From Myxococcota bacterium (GTDB lineage: Bacteria > Myxococcota_A > UBA9160 > UBA6930), in assembly GCA_965223415.1 (NCBI GenBank), contig OZ245002.1, positions 1,856,001-1,920,000 of the forward strand: 64,000 nucleotides of DNA, read 5' to 3'. Position 1 is the stretch's first letter. Every line of letters starts with the position of its first letter. Both the position numbers and the translations under genes were made by a program. The notes beneath the pieces were generated by a model. It made no database searches. It was not told the origin of the DNA and worked only from the letters and a program-made list of their open reading frames with translations. Below are positions 35,901-45,208 of this stretch, one piece after another.

Positions 35901-36289
35901 TGGGTCCGCGGATAGCCGAAGTAGACCAGGATGCCGTCGCCCAGGTACTGGGCGACGTGGCCCCCCAGGGTGCGCACCACGTCCTCGCACATGCGCTGGT
36001 ATTCGCGCACGGCGGTGCGCAGGTCCTCGGGGTCGAGGCTGCCGGCCAGGGAGGTCGAGTCCACCAGGTCGCAGAACAGCACGGTGAGCTGGCGGCGCTC
36101 GCCCTGGGCCGCGCGGGCCGGCGCCGGCGGCGGGGTCGCGGCGAGCTCGACGCCACATTGGGAGCAGAAGCGGGCGGTGGAGGGGACGAGCGTGCTGCAG
36201 CCAGGACACGGCCTGGGCTGCGCCGTACCGCAGCCCATGCAGAACCGCGCGTCCCCGGGATTCGCTTCGCCGCACTCCGGGCAGTCCAT
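32981..36289 (-). CDS. Double zinc ribbon, class III adenylate/guanylate cyclase, AAA (STAND) ATPase and TPR protein
   Basis: CPECG...CMGCG...CPGC...CSQCG, ERRQLTVLFCDLVDST, YLGDG, NVAARL, GEAGIGKSRL and EDMHWVD. Confidence 0.92.
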   Translation of the reverse strand: MDCPECGEANPGDARFCMGCGTAQPRPCPGCSTLVPSTARFCSQCGVELAATPPPAPARAAQGERRQLTVLFCDLVDSTSLAGSLDPEDLRTAVREYQRMCEDVVRTLGGHVAQYLGDGILVYFGYPRTHEDTAYRALRAALGILDAMPHVNRKLAEELPGGNERRLQLRIGVHTGPVVVGEMGSQGQTQALALGQTVNVAARLQEVAPADCVVASEATRRLLGDEFELASLGEQELKGVARPVLVHRVLALREGDAFDATDLVPRTQLVGREQEVALLLDRWEQAKDGHGQVILLKGEAGIGKSRLVDVLRREISGETHTWLEGRCSTYHENSPLHPVVEFLNQVLFAPTDDEAEKVTKLEAALAEVGLDTGEMVPIFGRLLGLRVPPPYRPSTLSPEAQRHRILESLDGWLLQLAEEQSVCLVVEDMHWVDPSTNELLGLFLDQVPTARILVLMTSRPGWESHWADRSEILHLSLNRLTRRQVSELAEAVTGGRSLPAEVVGQIVKKTDGVPLFVEELTKMVIESGLLVEQGERYELASAVLDLAIPSTLYDSLMARLDRLGQAKDVAQLASVLGRSFPVELLEAVFDGEADIVARALGELVEAELLYKRGLGPLAEYSFKHALIQDIAYQSLLKSQRQQVHRRVGEILESRFPQRASEAPEAVARHYEEAQEREAAIDWYQRAGDLAGERSAHPEAVAHLRHGLELLTGSTEAAMREVRELRLQVGLGKPLMAVEGYASEEVQRAFARARELSQKLGEDDLLFRSTWGLAAFYQARGDLGTSRALALELLDMASAAGDPVLELLANVTAGATAYYQGEWALAISHLDRALALWDPKEHQGLAPGYGQDPGVIAGVFAGIARCHCGEPERGLLEADRVLADARAAGAHPLVVAFALDFLAILHFLRQEPEAVVTRTEEAIAIGEQYGFVLEHRLGELLRGWARSTQGDPEGLELAQGAIAALSAMGAIVGAPMFVHMLAEAQAFVGDPEDALRSLDAGLQFADGLDAHFWDAELERRKGELLIRRGDDAEAEAHLRAALDAAERRGSVWLALRAATSLARWLGRHGRGDEGRGLLRSAVGELRDGESTPDGRAAWELLDG

Positions 36290-36395
36290 CGCCCGCGAGT
36301 ATAGGCATAGTGAGGTGAAGGCCCGCGCCGAACACGGGTGGAACCCCGACGCCGCCTGGCCCAGGCTACGGGTGCGGCTCTTCCGGAGGAGACTC

Positions 36396-38144
36396 ATGGG
36401 ATCCACGTCTCGCGTTCTTGCGCTCTTCCTGCTCTTCGCCTCGCTCGCTTGCGCGAGCCGGCCCGACCCGGTTCCGCTGCCGGGCCAGCCGATCCTGCAG
36501 GGCTTCACGCTCTTCGCCCGGGAGGCCTCGGAGGGGCTGCTCGCGCTCGTCGAGGAGCCGGGCGCCCGGGTGCTCGGCCGCGAGCCGTGGGTCGTCTTCC
36601 TGCCTGCGTCGCCCTCGGCGAAGGGCCTCACCCATCCCCACCAGCGCAGCTACGAGCTGGCGGAGCGCCTCGGCGCCGACCTGGTGGAGCCGGTGCTCGA
36701 GATCCTGCTGCCCTGGCACGCACAGGGCCTCTTCACGCCGGCGCCGCCGGATTGCGGCGCCTACGCCGACGAGGATGCGGAGGACGATCGCTGGGCGGTC
36801 CATCAGATCGCCTCGCCGGCGGCCTGGACGGCGGCCCAGACCGCCGGCAAGCTCGCCCAGCTCGAGGCGAAGGACGTCGTCGTGGGCCACCTCGACACCG
36901 GCTACACGGAGCATCCGGAGCTGTGGCAGGTCGCGAACGGCGTGCTTCCGGTGAACGTGGGGCGCGGCAAGAACTACCTCGGGCCCGGCGCACCGGAGGA
37001 CCCGCTGCTGGGCCTCCCGGCCGTCGACAGCCCCGGCCACGGTACGGCCAGCGCCAGCGTGATCGTGAGCCCGGACGGCTGTCAGCTCCAGGACCAGTGC
37101 GGCTGCGTGCACGGCGTGGCCCGGGGCGGCCAGATCGCGCCGCTGCGGGTGACGCGGCGCGTGGCCTTCTTCAACCAGCTGGCGTTCGAGGAGGCGCTCC
37201 AGGACGTCGCGGCCGGAACGCTGGACGTGGACCTGCTCTCGATCGCCCTCGGCAGCTACCCGACCTGGTCGATGTACCTGGCGCTGCTCGGGGTCGAGAG
37301 CCGCGGAACGCCGGCCGTCGCCGCGGCGGGCAATCGTACCGGGGTCGTCGTCTGGCCGGCGCGCTTTCCCATGACGATCGCGGCGGCGGGCGTGAACGTC
37401 GGCTGCACGCCGTGGACGGAATCGGCCCGGGGACCGGCGGTCGACGTCAGCGCGCCGGCGCATCAGGTGTGGAGGGCCCGGGTCGAACGGGGGCGCTGCT
37501 GGGGAGAGCGCTACAGCAACGACTGGAGCTCGGGCACCACCTATGCGACGGGGCATACGGCGGGAGCCACCGCCCTGTGGGTGGCCCATCATGGCGGCGC
37601 GCTCGCGTCGCTGCGGGCGGCGGGCCTCACCACCGAGGCGCTGCGCCAGCTCCTGGACGACACGGCCTGGCAGCCGAAGCGGGATCCGGACCCGCCGGGC
37701 ACCTACTGTGGAAACGATCCTCCGGCCTGGGACGAGCAGCAGATGGGCCCGGGCATCCTCCACGCCGGGAACCTGCTCGGCGCCGCCCTGCCGACGGTGG
37801 CCAGCATCCCGTCGCCCGTGCGGCTGGGCCTCTTCCAGCTGCCGCTCTTCGCGAGCCTGCTCCCGCCGGACACCCCGGACCCGGCCGCCCGCACCGAGGC
37901 GGCCTACCGGAGGCTGCTGCGCGCCGAGCCCGACGTCCCGCTCGGCGAGATCGCGCGCTACGAGCAGGAGATCCTCTTCCTCTACACCCTCGACGAGGCC
38001 TTCCGCAACGCCCTCGAGCAGTTCGTGAAGACCGCGGCGGAGGCCCCGGGGCGCGCCGATCCCGACGCGGTGTGGCAGGCTCTGCCCCGGGGGCGGGCAT
38101 CGAGCTCCCTGCTCGAGATCAGCGAGGGAAGACGCGCGCCGTGA
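36396..38144 (+). CDS. S8 subtilase-family lipoprotein with Thr at the catalytic Ser position
   Basis: Lipobox SLAC, HLDTG, PGHGT, AAAGN, and SGTTYA instead of SGTSxA. Confidence 0.82.
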   Translation: MGSTSRVLALFLLFASLACASRPDPVPLPGQPILQGFTLFAREASEGLLALVEEPGARVLGREPWVVFLPASPSAKGLTHPHQRSYELAERLGADLVEPVLEILLPWHAQGLFTPAPPDCGAYADEDAEDDRWAVHQIASPAAWTAAQTAGKLAQLEAKDVVVGHLDTGYTEHPELWQVANGVLPVNVGRGKNYLGPGAPEDPLLGLPAVDSPGHGTASASVIVSPDGCQLQDQCGCVHGVARGGQIAPLRVTRRVAFFNQLAFEEALQDVAAGTLDVDLLSIALGSYPTWSMYLALLGVESRGTPAVAAAGNRTGVVVWPARFPMTIAAAGVNVGCTPWTESARGPAVDVSAPAHQVWRARVERGRCWGERYSNDWSSGTTYATGHTAGATALWVAHHGGALASLRAAGLTTEALRQLLDDTAWQPKRDPDPPGTYCGNDPPAWDEQQMGPGILHAGNLLGAALPTVASIPSPVRLGLFQLPLFASLLPPDTPDPAARTEAAYRRLLRAEPDVPLGEIARYEQEILFLYTLDEAFRNALEQFVKTAAEAPGRADPDAVWQALPRGRASSSLLEISEGRRAP

Positions 38145-38533
38145 GCCGAACGAAGACGATCCTGCTCTGGGTGATGGCGGCGGCCTACGTGTTCGCCGGC
38201 TTCAACCACCTGATGAACCCATCCTTCTACGTGGCGATCATGCCCCCGGAGCTCCCCAACCCCGAGTGGCTGAACGTGCTCTCGGGCCTGGCCGAGATCG
38301 TCCTCGGCGTCTACCTGCTCGAGCCCCGGGTTCGCGTGCTGGCCGCGTGGGGGATCATCGCGCTGCTGGTCGCGGTCTTCCCCGCCAACGTCTACGTGGC
38401 GATGGAGAACCTGGGGACCGAGGGCCCGGGCAGCGGCAACGCCATGGCCAACTGGATCCGCCTGCCCTTCCAGGCCCTCTTCGTGGTATGGGCGTGGTGG
38501 TACACGTGGCCGGACGCCGAGGAGGGCGCATGA
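38141..38533 (+). CDS. DoxX-like membrane protein
   Basis: YVFAGFNH...MPP...SGLAEI...VFPANV...WIRLPFQ. Confidence 0.8.
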   Translation: MSRTKTILLWVMAAAYVFAGFNHLMNPSFYVAIMPPELPNPEWLNVLSGLAEIVLGVYLLEPRVRVLAAWGIIALLVAVFPANVYVAMENLGTEGPGSGNAMANWIRLPFQALFVVWAWWYTWPDAEEGA

Positions 38534-39000
38534 CCATCCTGAAACGCATCGGCCAGGTCCTGCTCGCGATCGTCGTGCTCGCCGCGATCGCCTACCCCTT
38601 CCGTCGCGATCCGATCGGCCCGCTCGCCGGCAAGCAGCTCACCGGGACCGAGGCGGCAGCCCCGGACGATTGGAGCTTCACCGACGAGCACATGCTCGTC
38701 GCGTTGGAGGTGCGCCCGGGCGATCCGCACTCGATCACGACCCTCTGCTTCGTCCACGACGGTGCGCTCCATGTGCCGGCCCAGGCTGGAAGCGAGAAGC
38801 AGTGGACGCAGATGGTCCTGGATGACCCGCGCGTGCGCGTCAAGGTGGGCGACGCGATCTATCCCGGGCGCGCGACGCGCATCGTCGACGAGACGGAGCG
38901 GCCCGCGTTGATCGCTTCGGCGGCGAGGAAGTACGAGCGGCTCGCGGGGGGCGAGCCGCCGCCCGATGTGTGGGTGTTCCGGATCGACGCCGCGCCCTAG
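38530..39000 (+). CDS. Hypothetical protein, split-barrel (DDN/PNPOx-like) fold
   Basis: ATGA overlap with DoxX gene; N-terminal TM helix; PHSITTLC...W...DPRVRVKVG...KY...VWVFRI. Confidence 0.55.
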   Translation: MTILKRIGQVLLAIVVLAAIAYPFRRDPIGPLAGKQLTGTEAAAPDDWSFTDEHMLVALEVRPGDPHSITTLCFVHDGALHVPAQAGSEKQWTQMVLDDPRVRVKVGDAIYPGRATRIVDETERPALIASAARKYERLAGGEPPPDVWVFRIDAAP

Positions 39001-39081
39001 GGTGAGCTGTGTCTCAAAGGTTCTCTTGTCGGACTTAGCCGGAAAATGGGGCTTGGTTCATCGTTCAGAGGCGGTTCGGTC

Positions 39082-39801
39082 ATGTTTCAGATCGTTACCG
39101 AGGCCACACGCGAGTCTCTCACCTGGGGTGAGGTAGCGGCCGTTGTGATCCCAGTCCTCACGTTCGGCTGGGCTGTACTCGCGTTTGTTCTGCAGTCTCG
39201 GCAGAAACGATCAGAGGCTGCTCTTCGACGCGAACACGATGAAGCGGATGCGATCATGCTTCGGAAACAGGAGTTGGCCGAAGCGGAGCTTGAAAGGCTG
39301 CGCCAGGTCCTCCATGAACGCGCAGTATTGGACATGAGTCTCGAGGTCGTTCAGGAAGAGGGCACTCCTCAATCGCGCTACGTAGTGAACGTCGAGTGCG
39401 TTCTGACGAACCGTGGAAGCAGGCCAGCGCATCTCCTGTTTCCAGAGAGGATGGGTCTACGGACGTTCGAGATCCGCTTCGACGAAGAAGGAAGGGCTAG
39501 GCGCGTTCGGGAGTACTTCTCGGTGTCGGAGGATGTGGAAGGCCGGGAATTCGGCGGTACGGCCGTCGTTCCTGGCGAGACGCAGCGACTGCCGTTCTTG
39601 GTCTCAGTCGAGAAGCCAGGGTTCTACCTGCTTGTCTTCGCGACGGAACTCAAACAGGTTGACAGGCACGAGCTCATCGAGACCGCGGATGTCGACAGCA
39701 CCAAGCCGATGTCCTGGATCGTCAGCCGATACGTCCAGATTCGGGCATCGGTTAGTCGCGCGTCGCGCGTCCTGCGAGTGTCCGACTTGTCGGGTGAGTG
39801 A
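39082..39801 (+). CDS. Hypothetical membrane-anchored protein with atypical composition
   Basis: Single TM helix, coiled coil and beta-rich C-terminal domain. Visibly lower GC than neighbours. Confidence 0.55.
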   Translation: MFQIVTEATRESLTWGEVAAVVIPVLTFGWAVLAFVLQSRQKRSEAALRREHDEADAIMLRKQELAEAELERLRQVLHERAVLDMSLEVVQEEGTPQSRYVVNVECVLTNRGSRPAHLLFPERMGLRTFEIRFDEEGRARRVREYFSVSEDVEGREFGGTAVVPGETQRLPFLVSVEKPGFYLLVFATELKQVDRHELIETADVDSTKPMSWIVSRYVQIRASVSRASRVLRVSDLSGE

Positions 39802-40088
39802 CTCCGAAGCAGACTCCGCGACGGACAGAGATGCCGTGGGGCGAGCGACGATTCAGGTCTCTTGTTGGTTTCAGGACAGGGTCTCTTCTCGCTGTGCGGC
39901 GAGGCCACGAGCTGCCGCAGCCGCCCGAGGATTGGACGCCGACCAGTCGGCCAGGGCTCCCCAAAGATCTGAGCGAGGGCCCTTCCCCCAAGGGAGACCC
40001 GGGTCGAATAAGTCCGGACGCGTCTCGTCCTACTCCGTGAGCGCAGCCGAACCCGCAGGGGAAGGCGGCGCCGCACAAGGAGTCGACG

Positions 40089-40613
40089 ATGAAACGCTTC
40101 GCCCTGATCCCCCTCGCTTCCCTTCTTCTCCTGGCCCCCGCGCTTCCGGCCGCTGCGAAGCACGCGGATCGGGCGGAGCGCCGCGTCGAGCGGCACGACG
40201 TGCGCATCTGCGGTACGTCCGTGCACGACGCTGCCGCCGTGCTCGAGCGGCGGACCCGGCGGCTCCTGCAGCACGCCCGGGAGCACGTCTGGCATCCGAA
40301 CCGCGCCGAGCGCCGCGCCCTGCGCGAGCTCGCGCAGCTGCGTCGCGAGGCTCGCGAGTTCCGCGACACGACCGAGCACACGCGCCGCGTGCGTCACGTC
40401 GCCCGGGATTTCCGGCACGTCCAGCAGCGCTTCCATGACGCCGCCCGCCGCTTCCGCGCACTCGATCCGGACCGCAAGCTGCGCAAGGACTTCCGCAAGG
40501 TCGCCCTCGCCATGGCCACCCTGGACGAGCAGCTCGACCATCGCGCGGTCTACCACGGCCGGCCGTGGGCGCGTGAGCGCTACGAGGTCGCCTCCCACCG
40601 TCACCGCCACTAG
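40089..40613 (+). CDS. Secreted Arg/His-rich helical hypothetical protein
   Basis: Signal peptide MKRFALIPLASLLLLAPALPAAA; SD AAGGAG. Confidence 0.65.
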   Translation: MKRFALIPLASLLLLAPALPAAAKHADRAERRVERHDVRICGTSVHDAAAVLERRTRRLLQHAREHVWHPNRAERRALRELAQLRREAREFRDTTEHTRRVRHVARDFRHVQQRFHDAARRFRALDPDRKLRKDFRKVALAMATLDEQLDHRAVYHGRPWARERYEVASHRHRH

Positions 40614-40670
40614 CGGCCTCGTCGCGGCCTCCCTCTCTGGCTCTCGAGCCGTTCGTGAGCGGGGGGTGCC

Positions 40671-40705
40671 GAGCGGGCCCTCGGGATCGCCCCGGGGGCC
40701 CGCTC
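40671..40705 (+). terminator. GC-rich hairpin, possible terminator
   Basis: GAGCGGGCCCTCGGG-ATCGC-CCCGGGGGCCCGCTC followed by only TTC. Confidence 0.4.
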
Positions 40706-40755
40706 TTCGTCTGGGGCGATAGCGACGCCGGGATCGAGGTGCGAGACTCCGCCTC

Positions 40756-42117
40756 ATGAGCGCTCCCGCGTCCGCGACCCATGCCGTCGCGGTGATCGGC
40801 GGCGCCACCGCCGGGGCCGAAGTGGCCTCGCGGCTGGCAGACCGCGGATGCACCGTCGTCGTCTTCGAGCAGAACCTGCGTCCCTACGGGAAGATCGAGG
40901 ACGGTCTGCCCCGCTGGCACGTCGGCCTGCGCAACAAGGAGTACACGGCGATCTCGGGAAAGCTCGGGAAGCCGAGCGTCCACTTCGTTCCCGACACCAA
41001 GGTGGGTCGCGACGTCGAGTTCGCGGCGCTGTGCCGGGAGTGGGGCTTCTCGGCGGTGGTGCTGGCGTGCGGGGCCTGGCGGGATCGGCCGCTGCCGGTC
41101 GAGGGCGCCGAGGCCTGGGTGGGCAAGGGGCTCATCTACCAGAACCCCTTCATCATCTGGTTCAACCACAAGCACGAAGAGGGCTACGAGGGCGAGACCT
41201 TCGAGCCCCGCGACGGCGCGCTCGTGGTCGGCGGAGGCCTGGCCTCCATCGACGTGGCCAAGGTGCTGATGCTCGAGACCACCCTCGACAAGCTCCGCGA
41301 GCGCGGCATCGAGGTCGACCTGGTCGAGCTCGAGGTGAAGGGGATCCCGAAGATCCTGGCCCAGCACGATCTCAGCTTCGAGGACCTGGGGCTCGAGGGC
41401 TGCACGATCTTCTACCGCCGCCGCCCCGAGGACATGCCGCTGGCGGAGATCCCCGACGGCGCGGACGAGAAGCGCATCGCGAAGATGCACACGGCCCGTA
41501 AGCGTCTCCTCGAGAAGGCGATGGACAAGTTCCGCTTCAAGCTCGAGCCCCTCTCGGCGCCGGATGCGCTGCTCACCGAGGACGATCGGGTCGTGGGGCT
41601 GCGGCTGCGCCGTACGCGGCTGGAGGGCGGCCGCGTCGTGCCGACCGACGAGACCTACGAGCGCCGCGGTGCCTACGTAATCAGCTCCATCGGCTCGATT
41701 CCCGAGCCGATCGCCGGCATCGAGATGAAGGGCGAGCTCTTCGCGTTCACGAATTGGGACCTGGGGCGCCTCGACGGCTACCCGAACGTGTTCTCGGTGG
41801 GCAACGTGGTGACCGGCAAGGGCAACATCGTCGCCTCGCGCAAGCACGCGGACGAGGTGTACGAGGCGGCTCTCGAGTCCTACCTGGGCCTCGACGAGGA
41901 CGGTCACCGGGCCGAAGCGGATCTCCCGCACGCCGCAGCGACGGCGGCGGAAGCCCAGGCGCACCGCATCGCCGATGCGATTGGCCACACCGCGCCGCCC
42001 TCCGCCGAGGCGCTCGCCGGGATCCTCGAGAAGACCCGCGCCCGCCAGCAGGCAGTCGGCTACGACGGCGATTACGACGCGTGGATCGAGAAGTGCAGCC
42101 CCGGGGATCGGGAGTAG
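40756..42117 (+). CDS. FAD-dependent oxidoreductase (ferredoxin/adrenodoxin-NADP reductase-like)
   Basis: VAVIGGATAG, PYGKIEDG, VVGGGLASIDV and RRRP. Confidence 0.75.
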   Translation: MSAPASATHAVAVIGGATAGAEVASRLADRGCTVVVFEQNLRPYGKIEDGLPRWHVGLRNKEYTAISGKLGKPSVHFVPDTKVGRDVEFAALCREWGFSAVVLACGAWRDRPLPVEGAEAWVGKGLIYQNPFIIWFNHKHEEGYEGETFEPRDGALVVGGGLASIDVAKVLMLETTLDKLRERGIEVDLVELEVKGIPKILAQHDLSFEDLGLEGCTIFYRRRPEDMPLAEIPDGADEKRIAKMHTARKRLLEKAMDKFRFKLEPLSAPDALLTEDDRVVGLRLRRTRLEGGRVVPTDETYERRGAYVISSIGSIPEPIAGIEMKGELFAFTNWDLGRLDGYPNVFSVGNVVTGKGNIVASRKHADEVYEAALESYLGLDEDGHRAEADLPHAAATAAEAQAHRIADAIGHTAPPSAEALAGILEKTRARQQAVGYDGDYDAWIEKCSPGDRE

Positions 42118-42125
42118 GGAGATCG

Positions 42126-43283
42126 ATGCAGCTCAAGTACGGATGCAACCCCCACCAGAGTTTTGCCTCGGCGGAGCCCCTTGCCGACGGCACCGCGCCG
42201 GTCACGCTACTGAACGGCAATCCCTCCTATATCAACTACCTCGACGCCCTGAACGCCTGGCAGCTCGTCCACGAGGCACGGCAGGCGACGGGCCTCCCGG
42301 CGGCGGCCTCCTTCAAGCACGTCTCGCCGGCGGGTGCGGCGGTGGCGCATCCGCTCTCGGAGCCGCTGGCGCGGGCCTACGAGGTGGCGGGCAAGCAGCT
42401 CACGCCTGCGGCCCTGGCCTACGTGCGGGCCCGGGGCGCCGATCCGAAGTGCTCCTTCGGCGACTTCGCCGCGCTCTCGGATCCCGTCGACCTGGAGACC
42501 GCGCAGTTCCTGAAGGGCGTGGTCTCCGACGGCATCGTGGCGCCGGGCTTCGAGCCCGAGGCGCTCGCGATCCTGAAGGCCAAGAAGAACGGCGGCTTCA
42601 TCGTGCTCCAAGCCGATGCCGCCTTCGTCGCGCCGGCCCGGGAGGAGCGCGAGGTCTTCGGCATGAAGCTCGTGCAGGACCGCAACGCCCACCTCGTCGC
42701 GCCCTCGGATCTGGAAGGCGTGGTGTGCGGCGAGCTCACCGAGGACGCGAAGCGGGATCTGCTGCTCGGCCTGGTGGCGCTCAAGTACACCCAGTCGAAC
42801 TCGGTCGGCTACGCCCTGGACGGCCAGATGATCGGCATCGGTGCCGGCCAGCAGAGCCGGGTCGATTGCACGAAGCTGGCCGGCGGCAAGGCGGATCTCT
42901 GGCACCTCGGAACCCACCCCAAGGTGCTCGGCCTCTCCTTCAAGAAAGGCGTGAAGCGGCAGGAGAGGATCAACTGGCGGGTTCGCTACATCGAAGGCGA
43001 CCTCACCGCCTTCGAGGAGCAGGCGCTAGGCGACGCTCTCGACCACCGGCTCGAGCCCCTCACCGACGACGAGCGCGGCGAGTGGATCGCGGGCCTGGAC
43101 GGCGTCTGCCTCGCTTCCGACGGCTTCATCCCCTTCCGCGACAACATCGACCACGCCCAGAAGCACGGCGTCCGTTTCATCGCCCAGCCCGGCGGCTCCA
43201 CCCGCGACGACGACGTGGAGGCAGCCTGCCGCGAGTACGCCATCACCCTCGTACACACCAAGCTCCGCCTGTTCCACCATTGA
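42126..43283 (+). CDS. purH: AICAR transformylase, short form without IMP cyclohydrolase domain
   Basis: Begins MQLKYGCNPHQ; SFKHVSPAG, KYTQSNSV, GAGQQSRVDC, ASDGFIPFRD, QPGGS and RLFHH. Confidence 0.88.
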   Translation: MQLKYGCNPHQSFASAEPLADGTAPVTLLNGNPSYINYLDALNAWQLVHEARQATGLPAAASFKHVSPAGAAVAHPLSEPLARAYEVAGKQLTPAALAYVRARGADPKCSFGDFAALSDPVDLETAQFLKGVVSDGIVAPGFEPEALAILKAKKNGGFIVLQADAAFVAPAREEREVFGMKLVQDRNAHLVAPSDLEGVVCGELTEDAKRDLLLGLVALKYTQSNSVGYALDGQMIGIGAGQQSRVDCTKLAGGKADLWHLGTHPKVLGLSFKKGVKRQERINWRVRYIEGDLTAFEEQALGDALDHRLEPLTDDERGEWIAGLDGVCLASDGFIPFRDNIDHAQKHGVRFIAQPGGSTRDDDVEAACREYAITLVHTKLRLFHH

Positions 43284-43294
43284 GTCGAGAAACG

Positions 43295-43367
43295 TGAAGA
43301 AACGGGGCCAGAGTTTAGAATTCAGTTTCTCCGAAACTGAATTCTAAACTCTGGCCCCGTTTCTTCA
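43295..43367. repeat. Perfect 35-bp inverted repeat with 3-nt loop (REP/MITE-like; may also act as bidirectional terminator)
   Basis: TGAAGAAACGGGGCCAGAGTTTAGAATTCAGTTTC-TCC-GAAACTGAATTCTAAACTCTGGCCCCGTTTCTTCA, between convergent purH and rpoD. Confidence 0.9.
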
Positions 43368-43369
43368 GG

Positions 43370-45193
<1,824 letters not shown>

Positions 45194-45208
45194 GGGGGTC
45201 TCCTTCGC

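Noticed and set aside
25333..36304. Long plus-strand ORFs of 972 aa (25333-28251) and 1141 aa (32879-36304)
   Set aside because: Antisense shadows of motif-bearing genes on the minus strand.
39004..39886. Possible IS-like ends GAGCTGTGTCTCAAA and TTTCAGGACAGGGTCTC around the orphan gene
   Set aside because: The match is too weak and there is no target duplication or transposase.
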